Positions 21,084 to 30,260 of a stretch of DNA of 64,000 nt are shown in pieces (the first letter of the stretch is position 1; the number at the start of each line of letters is the position of its first letter). The notes beneath the pieces are model-generated. The model searched no databases, had not been told where the DNA came from, and was given only the letters and a program-made list of their open reading frames with translations. A program made the translations under genes and the position numbers. The stretch is taken from positions 64,001 through 128,000 of the forward strand of contig CBDCCZ010000038.1 in the NCBI GenBank assembly GCA_965215005.1. The letters run 5' to 3'. The DNA is from Kofleriaceae bacterium (GTDB lineage Bacteria; Myxococcota_A; Polyangia; Haliangiales; Haliangiaceae).

Positions 21084-22253
21084 TCAGCTGCGGGCGGCGG
21101 CGAAGGCGGCCTCGAGATCGGCGCGGAGGTCGGCGACGTCTTCGATGCCCACGGAGAGGCGAATGAAGCCGTCGGTGATGCCGAGCTTGGCCCGAGTCTC
21201 ACTAGGTACGCTGGCGTGGGTCATGATGGCGGGATGCTCGATGAGGCTCTCGACGCCGCCGAGCGACTCAGCCAGTGCAAAGACGCTCACGGTGCTGAGG
21301 AAGCGACGAGCCGCCTCGAGCCCGCCGCGCAGGTGGAAGCTGATCATGCCGCCGAAGCCGCGCTGCTGCGACTTCGCCAGTGCGTGCTGAGGATGGCTCT
21401 CGAGACCGGGGTAGATGATCGTCTCAACTTGGTCGTGCTTGGCGAGCCAGCCGGCGAGCTCGCGGGCGTTTGCCTCGTGGCGGTCCATGCGCACGTGCAA
21501 GGTCTTGATGCCACGCAGCACCAAAAACGAGTCCATGGGGCTAGGCACGGCGCCCACGGCGTTTTGCAAGAACGCCAGGCGCTCGTGCAGCTCGCTCGAG
21601 CCCGTGATGACTGCACCACCGACGACATCTGAGTGGCCGTTTAAATACTTGGTCGTCGAGTGGCAGACGAGATCCGCGCCCAGCGCAAGCGGCTGCTGCA
21701 AGTAGGGCGTCATGAAGGTGTTGTCGACGGCGAGCAGCAGCTCGTGTTGCTTACACACCTTGGCCACTGCCGCGATGTCGCAGAGCTTGAGCATGGGGTT
21801 GGTGGGCGTCTCAACCCAGACCAGCTTGGTGTTGGGTCGAATCGCCGCTGCGACCGCATCGCCGCCGGCGGCCGGATCGACGTAGCTAAACTCGAGACCG
21901 AATCGGCGATAGACCTTGTCGAACAGGCGAAAGGTACCGCCGTAGAGGTCATCGCAGGCGATGACGTGGTCGCCCGCGGAAAGGAGCTGCAGCACTGTCG
22001 AGGTCGCGGCGAGGCCCGAGGCGAAGGCCAATCCGTGGGTGCCACCCTCGAGCGCGGCGAGGTTGTCTTCGAGCGCGAATCGAGTGCGATTGTGGGTACG
22101 CGAGTACTCGAAGCCCTTGTGCTCACCCGGCGAAGCTTGAGCATAGGTCGAGGTGTAATAGATCGGCGTCATCACCGCGCCGGTCGTTGGGTCGGGCTCC
22201 TGGCCGGCGTGAATGGCTCGGGTACCAAATCCTGCGTCGCTTGCTTTCACCAC
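21084..22253 (-). CDS. metB: Cystathionine gamma-synthase/gamma-lyase family PLP enzyme
   Basis: TRAIHAGQ, YSR, ETPTNP, DNTF, HSTTKYLNGHSD, LAESLGGVESL. Synthase versus lyase activity cannot be resolved from sequence. Confidence 0.9.
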   Translation of the reverse strand: MVKASDAGFGTRAIHAGQEPDPTTGAVMTPIYYTSTYAQASPGEHKGFEYSRTHNRTRFALEDNLAALEGGTHGLAFASGLAATSTVLQLLSAGDHVIACDDLYGGTFRLFDKVYRRFGLEFSYVDPAAGGDAVAAAIRPNTKLVWVETPTNPMLKLCDIAAVAKVCKQHELLLAVDNTFMTPYLQQPLALGADLVCHSTTKYLNGHSDVVGGAVITGSSELHERLAFLQNAVGAVPSPMDSFLVLRGIKTLHVRMDRHEANARELAGWLAKHDQVETIIYPGLESHPQHALAKSQQRGFGGMISFHLRGGLEAARRFLSTVSVFALAESLGGVESLIEHPAIMTHASVPSETRAKLGITDGFIRLSVGIEDVADLRADLEAAFAAARS

Positions 22254-22255
22254 AG

Positions 22256-22747
22256 TTACACCTCGTCGAAATCAAAAGTCTCGGGGTTGAGGTCCAGCAC
22301 CCGCTCGAGCGCCTGCTCCTCGAGCAGATCTGACATGCGCTGCCCGCCATACTTCGTGGCCAGCTTATCGTCGTAGTCATCGGCGATGAGCGCTACGTCG
22401 CGCACGGTGGCTAGCAGCTCATCTGGATCCAGGGTGGTGCCGCCGAGGATCGAGTGGATGAACAGAACCAGCTTACCCACCGGATCATAGGCGAAGGCGC
22501 CGAAGCGCAGGTGCGCGTTGAGCTCCATGAGCTGAAGTGCCAGCGCGCCATCGACCTCGAGCCCCTTCACCAGCTGCGCAACGCATCGCACCATGGTCTT
22601 CTCTTCGCCCCACGGCACGATGTTGATCATGACGTAGGCAGACCCCTGCTTCACGACGTACAGCTGCTCATCGACTTTTCGAAAGGCACTGCTCTTGCCC
22701 AAGGTCTTTTCGATGAGTAGTGCCGTGGCGACTTCGGCTGCATTCAT
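22256..22747 (-). CDS. YbjN/CesT-like (type III chaperone fold) protein
   Basis: LMELNAHLRFGAF, ADDYDDKL..KYGG pattern. Acidic, 163 aa. Confidence 0.75.
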   Translation of the reverse strand: MNAAEVATALLIEKTLGKSSAFRKVDEQLYVVKQGSAYVMINIVPWGEEKTMVRCVAQLVKGLEVDGALALQLMELNAHLRFGAFAYDPVGKLVLFIHSILGGTTLDPDELLATVRDVALIADDYDDKLATKYGGQRMSDLLEEQALERVLDLNPETFDFDEV

Positions 22748-23086
22748 GGTCGTTCTGATACCACATCCGCAGAGACCGTGGCTTGCGATGCCGGGGCGGT
22801 CGGCGGATACTCGCCGAGCGCGGTTAGCCTGGCGCTGTGGGGGCTACGCAACCGTCTTTGTCCACCACCCACCAACCGGGGCGGTGGGATCGGTTTTGGC
22901 GAGAACAACTTGTTTGGTGAAAGCAAGAAGCTCTTATTGTATGGCCAGCTCGCTACCGGCGATTCCTTCGTTATTCGCCCAATCACGAGGTGCTAGGGCT
23001 GGCACCATTCAAGAACGCAGTTGGCGTCGGCACGCGCGTGGTGGTGCGGCAGATCGTACTACCCCTGTTGGGCCTCGACCTGGGGT

Positions 23087-24802
23087 ATGGTCTCGAACGC
23101 GGTGACATCGAAATCCATCTCGCTATTGGCCTTACTGACGTGTAGCGCTGCTGTGGCTTGTGGCAGCAAAGCCGCGCCCATTGTTGCGCCGGCAGAACCC
23201 CCTCCCGGAGTAGATTTGGTGTTCCTGGGAGGCGACATCTGGACAATGGATCCAGCGCAGCCGCGTGCCTCGGCGCTGGCGGTCCGCGCAGGGGAGATCG
23301 TCGCGGTGGGAAGCGACGCGGCGATCCGTCCGCTCATCGGCACCGACACGCGCGTTGTCGAGCTCCGCGGTGCGAGCGTCACGCCCGGCCTCGTCGACGG
23401 TCACGCGCATCTTTATGGTCTGGGCGCGGCGCTCGAGAGCGTGGACGTTCGGGGTGCTGCGAGTGCCGAAGCTGCCGCGACAACCGTTGCCACGGCGGCT
23501 GCAGAGATCGATCCCACCGGATGGATCGTTGGTCGTGGCTGGGATCAGAATCTCTGGCCAAATCAGGCGTTCCCCACGCATCAGGAGCTCGATGCGGCGC
23601 TGGGCGATCGGCCGGTCGTGCTCACGCGCATCGATGGCCACGCACTTTGGGCCAACTCCGCGGCGATGCGCGCGGCGGGCGTGGACCGCAGCACGGCGGT
23701 ACCAGCTGGCGGCAAGATGATCCTTGATGAAGCCGGCGAGCCAACGGGGGTGTTCATCGACGCAGCGATGGCGCTCATCGAAGCTCACGTGCCGCCGCCG
23801 TCGCGGCAGGTGCGCGAGCGGCGAATTCGTAGCGCGGCCAAGGTCGCCGTGGCGGCCGGGCTCACCGGTGTTCACGAGATGGGCATCGACGATGCGACCG
23901 CGGCTGTCTACGCACACTTGGCGGCGCACGATGCGTTGCCGCTGCGGGTTTACGCGTTCTTGGCCGGAGATGGCCAAAGCGCGGCCGAGCTGCGTCGCCG
24001 CAAGCCCCGAGCCGACAGCGGCGAGTCATTCTTCGCGCTGCGCGGCGTCAAGCTCTACGCCGACGGCGCGCTCGGCTCACGCGGCGCTCTTCTGCTGGAG
24101 CCATACAGCGACGATCCAGGCAATCACGGGCTCGCCGTCACTGCACCGAAAGCACTGGTCGAGGTGGTGGAGGCCGCCGCGGCAAGCGGCTGGCAAGTGG
24201 CTACGCATGCTATCGGTGATGCCGCCAATCGCGCGGTGCTCGATGCGTACGAAGCCGCGGCACGTGGTGCCCCTGAGGCAGATCGCCGCTTCCGCATCGA
24301 GCACGCGCAAGTGTTGCAACCCGATGATGTGCCGCGGGTGGCGGCGCTCGGCGTGCTGGCGGCGATGCAGCCAACCCATGCTACCAGCGATATGCCGTGG
24401 GCCGAGCAGCGTCTCGGTCCGCAGCGCATTCTTGGGGCGTACGCGTGGCGGACCCTGCTCGATGCGGGCGTACGTGTCGTGGCTGGCTCGGATTTTCCGG
24501 TCGAAGAGGTCTCGCCGCTGCTCGGCATCTATGCCGCTGTGACGCGGCAAGACGCCAGCGGCGCACCGGCGGGCGGCTGGTATCCAGCGCAGCGCATGAG
24601 CTTGGAGGAGGCTCTTGCCGCCTACACGGTAGCGCCGGCGTACGCGGCGTTCGTCGAGGATCGCCGCGGCCGGCTCGCTCCGGGTTACGTGGCCGACATA
24701 ACCGTGTACGATCGCCCTCTTGCAGCGGATCGGACGCTGCTATCGACGGCTATCGCGATGACGATCGTGGGAGGTCGGGTAGTCTTCGAGAACACCCCGT
24801 AG
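23087..24802 (+). CDS. Amidohydrolase 3 (YtcJ-like) lipoprotein
   Basis: PGLVDGHAH, RIDGHA.WANS, KLYADGALGSRGA, HAIGD, RIEHAQ, GSDFP. Lipobox AVAC. Confidence 0.92.
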   Translation: MVSNAVTSKSISLLALLTCSAAVACGSKAAPIVAPAEPPPGVDLVFLGGDIWTMDPAQPRASALAVRAGEIVAVGSDAAIRPLIGTDTRVVELRGASVTPGLVDGHAHLYGLGAALESVDVRGAASAEAAATTVATAAAEIDPTGWIVGRGWDQNLWPNQAFPTHQELDAALGDRPVVLTRIDGHALWANSAAMRAAGVDRSTAVPAGGKMILDEAGEPTGVFIDAAMALIEAHVPPPSRQVRERRIRSAAKVAVAAGLTGVHEMGIDDATAAVYAHLAAHDALPLRVYAFLAGDGQSAAELRRRKPRADSGESFFALRGVKLYADGALGSRGALLLEPYSDDPGNHGLAVTAPKALVEVVEAAAASGWQVATHAIGDAANRAVLDAYEAAARGAPEADRRFRIEHAQVLQPDDVPRVAALGVLAAMQPTHATSDMPWAEQRLGPQRILGAYAWRTLLDAGVRVVAGSDFPVEEVSPLLGIYAAVTRQDASGAPAGGWYPAQRMSLEEALAAYTVAPAYAAFVEDRRGRLAPGYVADITVYDRPLAADRTLLSTAIAMTIVGGRVVFENTP

Positions 24803-24816
24803 CTCCGCTAGACCTG

Positions 24817-26724
24817 ATGCGGTTTTGTCCCTTTTGCAGCGCCGAGAACGCCGACGAGGCTAGCCATTGCTCCTCGTGCGCCCGGCGTCTGCCGCCGCTG
24901 CCTCCGCGCCGAACCCCGGAGGCAACGGCTGGCGCGGCTCGAAGCGTTGCCGTGCCGCGGGCGTCACAGCCCGAGAGCGGGCCCAGTGATGGCCGGCCGC
25001 GGACGCTGCCGCCGTCGCCGTCACGTCGCGAGCGCGACCGCGCGATGGCGCCGGCCGGCCGCGATGGCGGCGGTGCGATGGTCGCGCCCAAACGGGTGGA
25101 GTTGCCGCTACGACCGGTGCGGCCGGTGACGCGCGAAGATGAGCCGTCGTGGCCTCTTGGCGACGGCGAGCCGCCGCGTCCATTGATGCCGCAAGAGTCG
25201 GCAGCGCCGATGCCGGCGCCGGCACCACTGGCCGCTTCGCCACTGGCCGCTTCGCCACTCGCCGATTCAATCGACGATTGGGACGATAGCGACGACGGTG
25301 CGACGACCGTGCAGGCGGCGCCGGCGATGCTCGAAGAGCTGTTGGCCGATGGCATCTCCGGGGCCGCGGTCGACGACGAAGAAACTCGCGTCGAGCACGT
25401 CGAGCGGCTCGAGGTCTTCGCCTCGGTCGAGCGGCCAGGTCCGCAGGTTGGCGCGGCGGCGCCCATCGATCGCAGCTGGGCGCGAAGTGAGACGCCCACG
25501 GTCCGCGAGCAGCTCTCGCTCAAAGCTGCTGCGCCTGCTGCTGCAAACGCTGCCGTGCCCGAGCCGCTGCCGCCCGCGCCGACTGGGCCGCGCAAGGCGA
25601 CGCCGCCGCCCACGCCGCCGCCGCGTCCCGAGCCGCCGCCCACCCGCATCGTGGCCGACATCCGCGAAGGCAGTGAGCCCTTCGAGCGACTCGAGGTCGC
25701 GCCGATTCCCGAAGTTCCCGAGCCGGGGTTCGGCAACGCCGTGGCGTACGCAATTCGCTTTACACGCGCGCGCTGGCAGCGGCGGGCCGCGATTGCCACG
25801 CTCGAAAAAGACATCACCACCGACACCGCTGCGCTCGATCAAGTGCTCGGCGCTCTCGGCAAAGAGGGACGGCGCGTTCGTACCGACAACCGCGCGTTGG
25901 TGGGCGAGCACCACGCGATTGACGAGGCCGAACGGCGCTGCGAGCGCATCGATCAAACCTGCGCCGAGCTCACCAGCCGACAAGCAGAAGAGAATACTCG
26001 CTTCGATGAGCTCGAAGCCGAACGCCTGGCCAAAGTCACCGAGGCCGAGGAGTCGCTGGAGAAAGCCGAGGCCGAGCTCGTGAGCTTAGAGGGCCAACGG
26101 CGCAGCCTGCGCGACAAGAAGAAGGCGATCGATCGCCGTCATAAAGCGCTGCTAAAGAGCGCCGATGACCGCGAAGATCAGGCCGGCAAAGCGGCTATGC
26201 CGGATGCGCGTGAGCAGCTGCGTCGGGCTGCGGAAGACTTGCGCGCTGATGCCGCTGCCATCGATCCGCAGCGGCTCGAGATCGATCGGCGGCTGCTAGC
26301 GCTCGATGCGCCCATGACCCGCGTTGCTGCGACTGTCGATACGCTCAAAGCCGAGCTCGAGTCGGCGCGGCGCAGTCTGCACGATGCACGCGAGGGGCAT
26401 CGGCACCGGTTGGCGGAGCTCGAAGCCGAGATGGGACGTCGCACTCGCGAGCTCGCGCAAGCGCAAGCCGAAATCGCGCGACGGCTGGTCACGCTCGGCA
26501 CGCTCATGAACCTACACCGCGTCGATGCGCCGGAGCTCGTGCAGCTATACGCGCGCATCGATCGCTTGCGCACCGCCATCGGAACGCGCACCCGCGAAAT
26601 CGATCGGCTCACGGCCGAGCGCGAGGCCTACGACCGCGGCTCGCTGGTCCGCGGTTATGCAGTGATGGGCGGATTGGCGATCGTGTTGTCGACGATCATC
26701 GTCATCATCCTGGCGCTCACGTAG
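24817..26724 (+). CDS. Zinc-ribbon, Pro-rich and coiled-coil protein with C-terminal TM anchor
   Basis: MRFCPFC..N....HCSSC, long disordered Pro-rich stretch, long coiled coil, terminal hydrophobic helix. Confidence 0.8.
   Translation: MRFCPFCSAENADEASHCSSCARRLPPLPPRRTPEATAGAARSVAVPRASQPESGPSDGRPRTLPPSPSRRERDRAMAPAGRDGGGAMVAPKRVELPLRPVRPVTREDEPSWPLGDGEPPRPLMPQESAAPMPAPAPLAASPLAASPLADSIDDWDDSDDGATTVQAAPAMLEELLADGISGAAVDDEETRVEHVERLEVFASVERPGPQVGAAAPIDRSWARSETPTVREQLSLKAAAPAAANAAVPEPLPPAPTGPRKATPPPTPPPRPEPPPTRIVADIREGSEPFERLEVAPIPEVPEPGFGNAVAYAIRFTRARWQRRAAIATLEKDITTDTAALDQVLGALGKEGRRVRTDNRALVGEHHAIDEAERRCERIDQTCAELTSRQAEENTRFDELEAERLAKVTEAEESLEKAEAELVSLEGQRRSLRDKKKAIDRRHKALLKSADDREDQAGKAAMPDAREQLRRAAEDLRADAAAIDPQRLEIDRRLLALDAPMTRVAATVDTLKAELESARRSLHDAREGHRHRLAELEAEMGRRTRELAQAQAEIARRLVTLGTLMNLHRVDAPELVQLYARIDRLRTAIGTRTREIDRLTAEREAYDRGSLVRGYAVMGGLAIVLSTIIVIILALT
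25225..25264 (+). repeat. 15-bp tandem repeat, about 2.7 copies (PLAAS)
   Basis: CCACTGGCCGCTTCG twice plus a partial copy. Confidence 0.8.
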
Positions 26725-26804
26725 ACGGGTTTTCACACGCATCCCGCGGCTCCCGGTGCCCGCGTTGCGCTCGCTCGGCTGAATTCTGATACGCTGCGGT
26801 TTGC

Positions 26805-27920
26805 GTGCCGAAGGTCCTGGTCTCCAATAACAGCGAGCTTCTCCGGCATCTTGCCGCGGCGCCGTTTCGTCACTTGGCGCTCGAGCTGGTCACTGCATCC
26901 AGCGGCGATGAAGCCCTTTATTTGCGCAATCGTGAGGCGCCAGCGCTGGCGATCCTCGATGCTGAGCTTGCGGGCGTGTCTGGCTATCAGGTTGCGCAGC
27001 AGATCAAAGAAGAGTCTGACTGCCGCGTGGTGCTCGTGCTCGGCAAGCGCATCAACGCCGAACAGATGCGCCGCGTGAGCAAGTCGGGGTGCGATGAGGT
27101 CTTGATCGCGCCAATGAGCGCCGATGAGCTCTATGACGTCGTCGCGATTCAGCTCGGGCTGCCGCGGCGCGGAACCGAACGCTTTAGCGTCCAGCTGACT
27201 GTCCGAGAGGGCGATGATCGCCGGCCCGTCGATGGTCGAGTTACCAATCTCTCCGTGGATGGCGCGCGGCTGGTGGTGGCCGAGCCACTGGTCGAAGGCA
27301 CCCGCCTCGAGCTCATCATCTCCGAGGCCGACGCCAAACCGATCACGGTGGCCGCGCGGGTGGTTTGGGCGCAGCCCCACGAGCGCAAGACGGTCGTGGG
27401 CGCCGCCTTCGATGAGCTCGAGCCGCGGATGCAATCGGTGTTGGCGCGGCTCACGCAATGGGACTTGGTCAAAGAGACCGAGCGAACCCGAATCGTGCTC
27501 AAGGGCGACTTCACCGAAGCCACTGCCTTCGATGATCTGTTGCCGGTGCTGGTGGGGCGCATCGACTTCGATCTGTCGCAGGTGCGCTATCTCAATTCGC
27601 TGGGTGTACGGGCCTGGTGCGAGTTGATTCGCGCGGCGCCCATTCACGGCTACGAATTCCACGCGTGCTCGATTCCGTTCGTGTTGCAGGCTTCGCTGGT
27701 GCCCGATGTGCTGGGGCGCGGCTCGGTGACGTCGTTCTTTGCGCCGTACGCGTGCGAAGTGTGCGAGCACCAGGAAGAGCGGCTGCTGCAAGCAGCGACG
27801 ATCTTGGCTGCCGAAGACATGGAACCACCACCGGGCGTGTGTCCCGAATGTGGCGGCCAGACTTCGCTCGACGACATCCCTGAGCGCTACTTGGCGTTCC
27901 TCCGCCAAGACGACGAGTAA
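26805..27920 (+). CDS. Atypical receiver-PilZ-STAS-like-zinc ribbon signalling protein
   Basis: REC-like N-terminus (AILDAEL..SGYQVA), PilZ RRGTER/NLSVDG, STAS-like FDLSQVRYLNSLGVRAW, CEVC...CPEC. Confidence 0.8.
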   Translation: MPKVLVSNNSELLRHLAAAPFRHLALELVTASSGDEALYLRNREAPALAILDAELAGVSGYQVAQQIKEESDCRVVLVLGKRINAEQMRRVSKSGCDEVLIAPMSADELYDVVAIQLGLPRRGTERFSVQLTVREGDDRRPVDGRVTNLSVDGARLVVAEPLVEGTRLELIISEADAKPITVAARVVWAQPHERKTVVGAAFDELEPRMQSVLARLTQWDLVKETERTRIVLKGDFTEATAFDDLLPVLVGRIDFDLSQVRYLNSLGVRAWCELIRAAPIHGYEFHACSIPFVLQASLVPDVLGRGSVTSFFAPYACEVCEHQEERLLQAATILAAEDMEPPPGVCPECGGQTSLDDIPERYLAFLRQDDE

Positions 27921-27938
27921 TCGCCGTCGCTACTATCG

Positions 27939-28751
27939 CTACAGTATTCCGCGCCGCTCTTGATAGAGGCGCAGGATATCAGCCGCGGTTTCTTCGACGG
28001 CCTTGTTGGTGACATCGATGACCGGCCACCTGGGGTGTGCTCGAAAGATGCCGCGCGAGTAGTTGATCTCATTCTCGATGTGCGCACGAGCGCCATAGCT
28101 CGAGTCGCTCGGCATTCCCAAGTGCTTGAGACGTGCTTGGCGGATGCGCATCAGCGTATCGGCGCTGATGATAAGTCCATAGACCTTGTCATCCTCGACC
28201 TCGCCTAGCTCCTTGGGAGGCTCGATCCCGAGCACGAGCGGCACGTTGGCCACCTTGAGCCCGCGCTGCGCCAGGTAGGTGGACAGCGGTGTTTTCGAGG
28301 TCCGCGAGATGCCGACCAGCACCAGATCCGCTTTTGGCAAATTGCGCGGCTCGGCGCCATCGTCATTCTTGACTGCGAACTCGACCGCTTCCATGCGGCG
28401 GAAGTAATCATCGCTGAGGCGATGGAGCAGGCCAGGAACTCCCGATGGAGTTGCTTGCAAGAAACCGGCGAGCTTGCCAATCAGCGCGCCGATCAGGTCG
28501 ATCGCTTCGACGTTGTGGCGCTCGATCTGATCGAGTAGCAGCTCACGAGCATCCTGATTGACCATGGTGAAGACGACCAACGCGCGCAGCTCGGCGGCGC
28601 GTTCGATGATTCGCTCAACCTCCGCCTCGAGGCGCACGCGTGAATAGGTTCGGATGCTCACCGGCGTGTCGCTGAACTGCAACGTGGCGGCGCGAACCAT
28701 GCGTTCGGCGGTTTCACCGGTAGCGTCGCTGATGACTATCACCGTCTTCAT
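27939..28751 (-). CDS. ppsR: PEP synthetase/pyruvate phosphate dikinase regulatory kinase-pyrophosphorylase (DUF299)
   Basis: ISDATGETA, YFRRMEAVEFAVKNDDG, GISRTSKTPLS.YLA, KVANVPL, KAVEETA. Confidence 0.95.
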   Translation of the reverse strand: MKTVIVISDATGETAERMVRAATLQFSDTPVSIRTYSRVRLEAEVERIIERAAELRALVVFTMVNQDARELLLDQIERHNVEAIDLIGALIGKLAGFLQATPSGVPGLLHRLSDDYFRRMEAVEFAVKNDDGAEPRNLPKADLVLVGISRTSKTPLSTYLAQRGLKVANVPLVLGIEPPKELGEVEDDKVYGLIISADTLMRIRQARLKHLGMPSDSSYGARAHIENEINYSRGIFRAHPRWPVIDVTNKAVEETAADILRLYQERRGIL

Positions 28752-28764
28752 GACGCGCTCGAGT

Positions 28765-30075
28765 CTATCTCAGAACCGGCAGCCGCGCCTGCTTACGGCT
28801 CGCACCGCCGGCATCTGCAGGCTGCTCACGCTGCCAATCGATCACCCTTGGGCATTCGGGATCGGGGGCGTGCTCATCGCCGAGCACGTGCGCCGAGACC
28901 ACCTTGCAGCCGCCACGACAAAGATCGTGATAGGAGCAGCTTGCACAGGGCTCGGCTGCATCGTGCCAGCGGCGAAACGCGCCGAAGGCTTCTTGCCGCC
29001 CCCAATAGTCGCGCAGCCGATCGACCGTGGGCCGCTCACGCGGCGCATGCGCAAAGCTGCACGCCGTGACCAGCCCGGAGGCTTTGGCGCCGATCAAAAA
29101 GTCGCCGCCGGTGCAGCCATACACCGCCAACTTGGCGAGCAGGGCGCGGTCCGGCTGGTGGTGAGCGAGCATCGGCGTGTACGAACAATCGACGCGGGTT
29201 CGAATGCGATGATGGCGTGCCGCGGCCAGCACGGTGGGCAAAAACGCGCGATGTTGGGCATCGCTGCAGGTGTGCTCGACGAATGCTCGAGCGCCGCGTC
29301 CCGCCGGCTTGAAGCGCAGTAGCTCGATTTCGCTGAGGCGCTTCTTTCGCGCATAGGCAAACAGCGCATCGAGCTCGCCAAAGTTATGGCGGGTCACGAC
29401 CACGTTGATACCGATCTCGCGCTTGACTGCTCGCAATGCGGTGATCGCTTTATCGGCGCGATCGAACCCGTCAAAACCGCGAACCGCCGCGTAGGTTGGG
29501 CCGAGTCCGTCGAGCGAGACGTTGATCTGTCCGAACAGCTCGGCGATGGGAAGCAATCGCTGCAGGCCGCTCAACCCGCTGGTCGTGAGGTTGGGAACCA
29601 GCCCGCGACTGCGCGCGTGCGCGGCTACTTCACCGAGCCACGGCAGGTCGGCGCTTTCACCGCCACCGAGCGCGAGATGAAAGACTCCCATCGCTGCCAG
29701 CTCATCGATCGCACGCTTCCAATCGCTAGCGCCCCACTCGTTTTTGCTGCCGCCTGGCGTCGCTCCGGTGTAGCAGCCTTGGCAGCCGGCATCGCAGCGA
29801 TTGGTGAGCTGAAGGTGCGCTTCGAGCGGTGCCGCCAACACCGCGCGCCCCACCGCGCCGTCATCAGCGGGATCGTTCCACAGCGAATCGCCCGGGCTAG
29901 GCCGTAATCCGAGCGAGCGCGCGTACGTGCGATCGACGAACACCAAGGCACGCGGCCATGCCAGCTGAACGATGGCGCCAAACGGCTCGATCCGCGCTCG
30001 TCGCGCGCCGTCGCCGGCAAGCCGCCGCGCTTGATCAATCCAGCGCGTGGCGCGACGTTTGATCCGCTCGAGCAT
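28765..30075 (-). CDS. Radical SAM protein with SPASM domain (PqqE/MftC-like peptide maturase type)
   Basis: CDAGCQGC, GGGE, SLDG, SPASM cysteines CTGG...ACS and CASC....LCRGGC...DPEC. Confidence 0.92.
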   Translation of the reverse strand: MLERIKRRATRWIDQARRLAGDGARRARIEPFGAIVQLAWPRALVFVDRTYARSLGLRPSPGDSLWNDPADDGAVGRAVLAAPLEAHLQLTNRCDAGCQGCYTGATPGGSKNEWGASDWKRAIDELAAMGVFHLALGGGESADLPWLGEVAAHARSRGLVPNLTTSGLSGLQRLLPIAELFGQINVSLDGLGPTYAAVRGFDGFDRADKAITALRAVKREIGINVVVTRHNFGELDALFAYARKKRLSEIELLRFKPAGRGARAFVEHTCSDAQHRAFLPTVLAAARHHRIRTRVDCSYTPMLAHHQPDRALLAKLAVYGCTGGDFLIGAKASGLVTACSFAHAPRERPTVDRLRDYWGRQEAFGAFRRWHDAAEPCASCSYHDLCRGGCKVVSAHVLGDEHAPDPECPRVIDWQREQPADAGGASRKQARLPVLR

Positions 30076-30256
30076 CGATGGAGGCCTCGAGAGCAGGCTT
30101 TCGCCAGCGCACCAGCGCCGCGATGATCGGCGTTGCCATCGACAGCGTCGCTGCGCCAAAGAGGAGAAACGTGACGTCCACGCCCAGACTCGATGAGTTG
30201 GGGTTTAGCCCCCACTTCACCGCGAGAATGCGACCGCGTGGTTTGCGTCCAAACAT
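30035..30256 (-). CDS. Small membrane-anchored peptide (73 aa) with GLNPNSSS motif, candidate radical SAM substrate
   Basis: Starts 4 nt after the TPR gene stop and overlaps the radical SAM start, filling the gap in the operon. Basic N-terminus, NPNSSS, then a TM helix. Confidence 0.7.
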   Translation of the reverse strand: MFGRKPRGRILAVKWGLNPNSSSLGVDVTFLLFGAATLSMATPIIAALVRWRKPALEASIDARADQTSRHALD

Positions 30257-30260
30257 GAGT

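Noticed and set aside
22748..23086. SAM riboswitch or ncRNA upstream of the metB-family operon
   Set aside because: A GC hairpin is present but I could not match any SAM riboswitch consensus.
28765..30256. Mycofactocin or PQQ biosynthesis cluster
   Set aside because: The peptide lacks IDGxCGVY and ExxxY, and no other mft or pqq genes are present.
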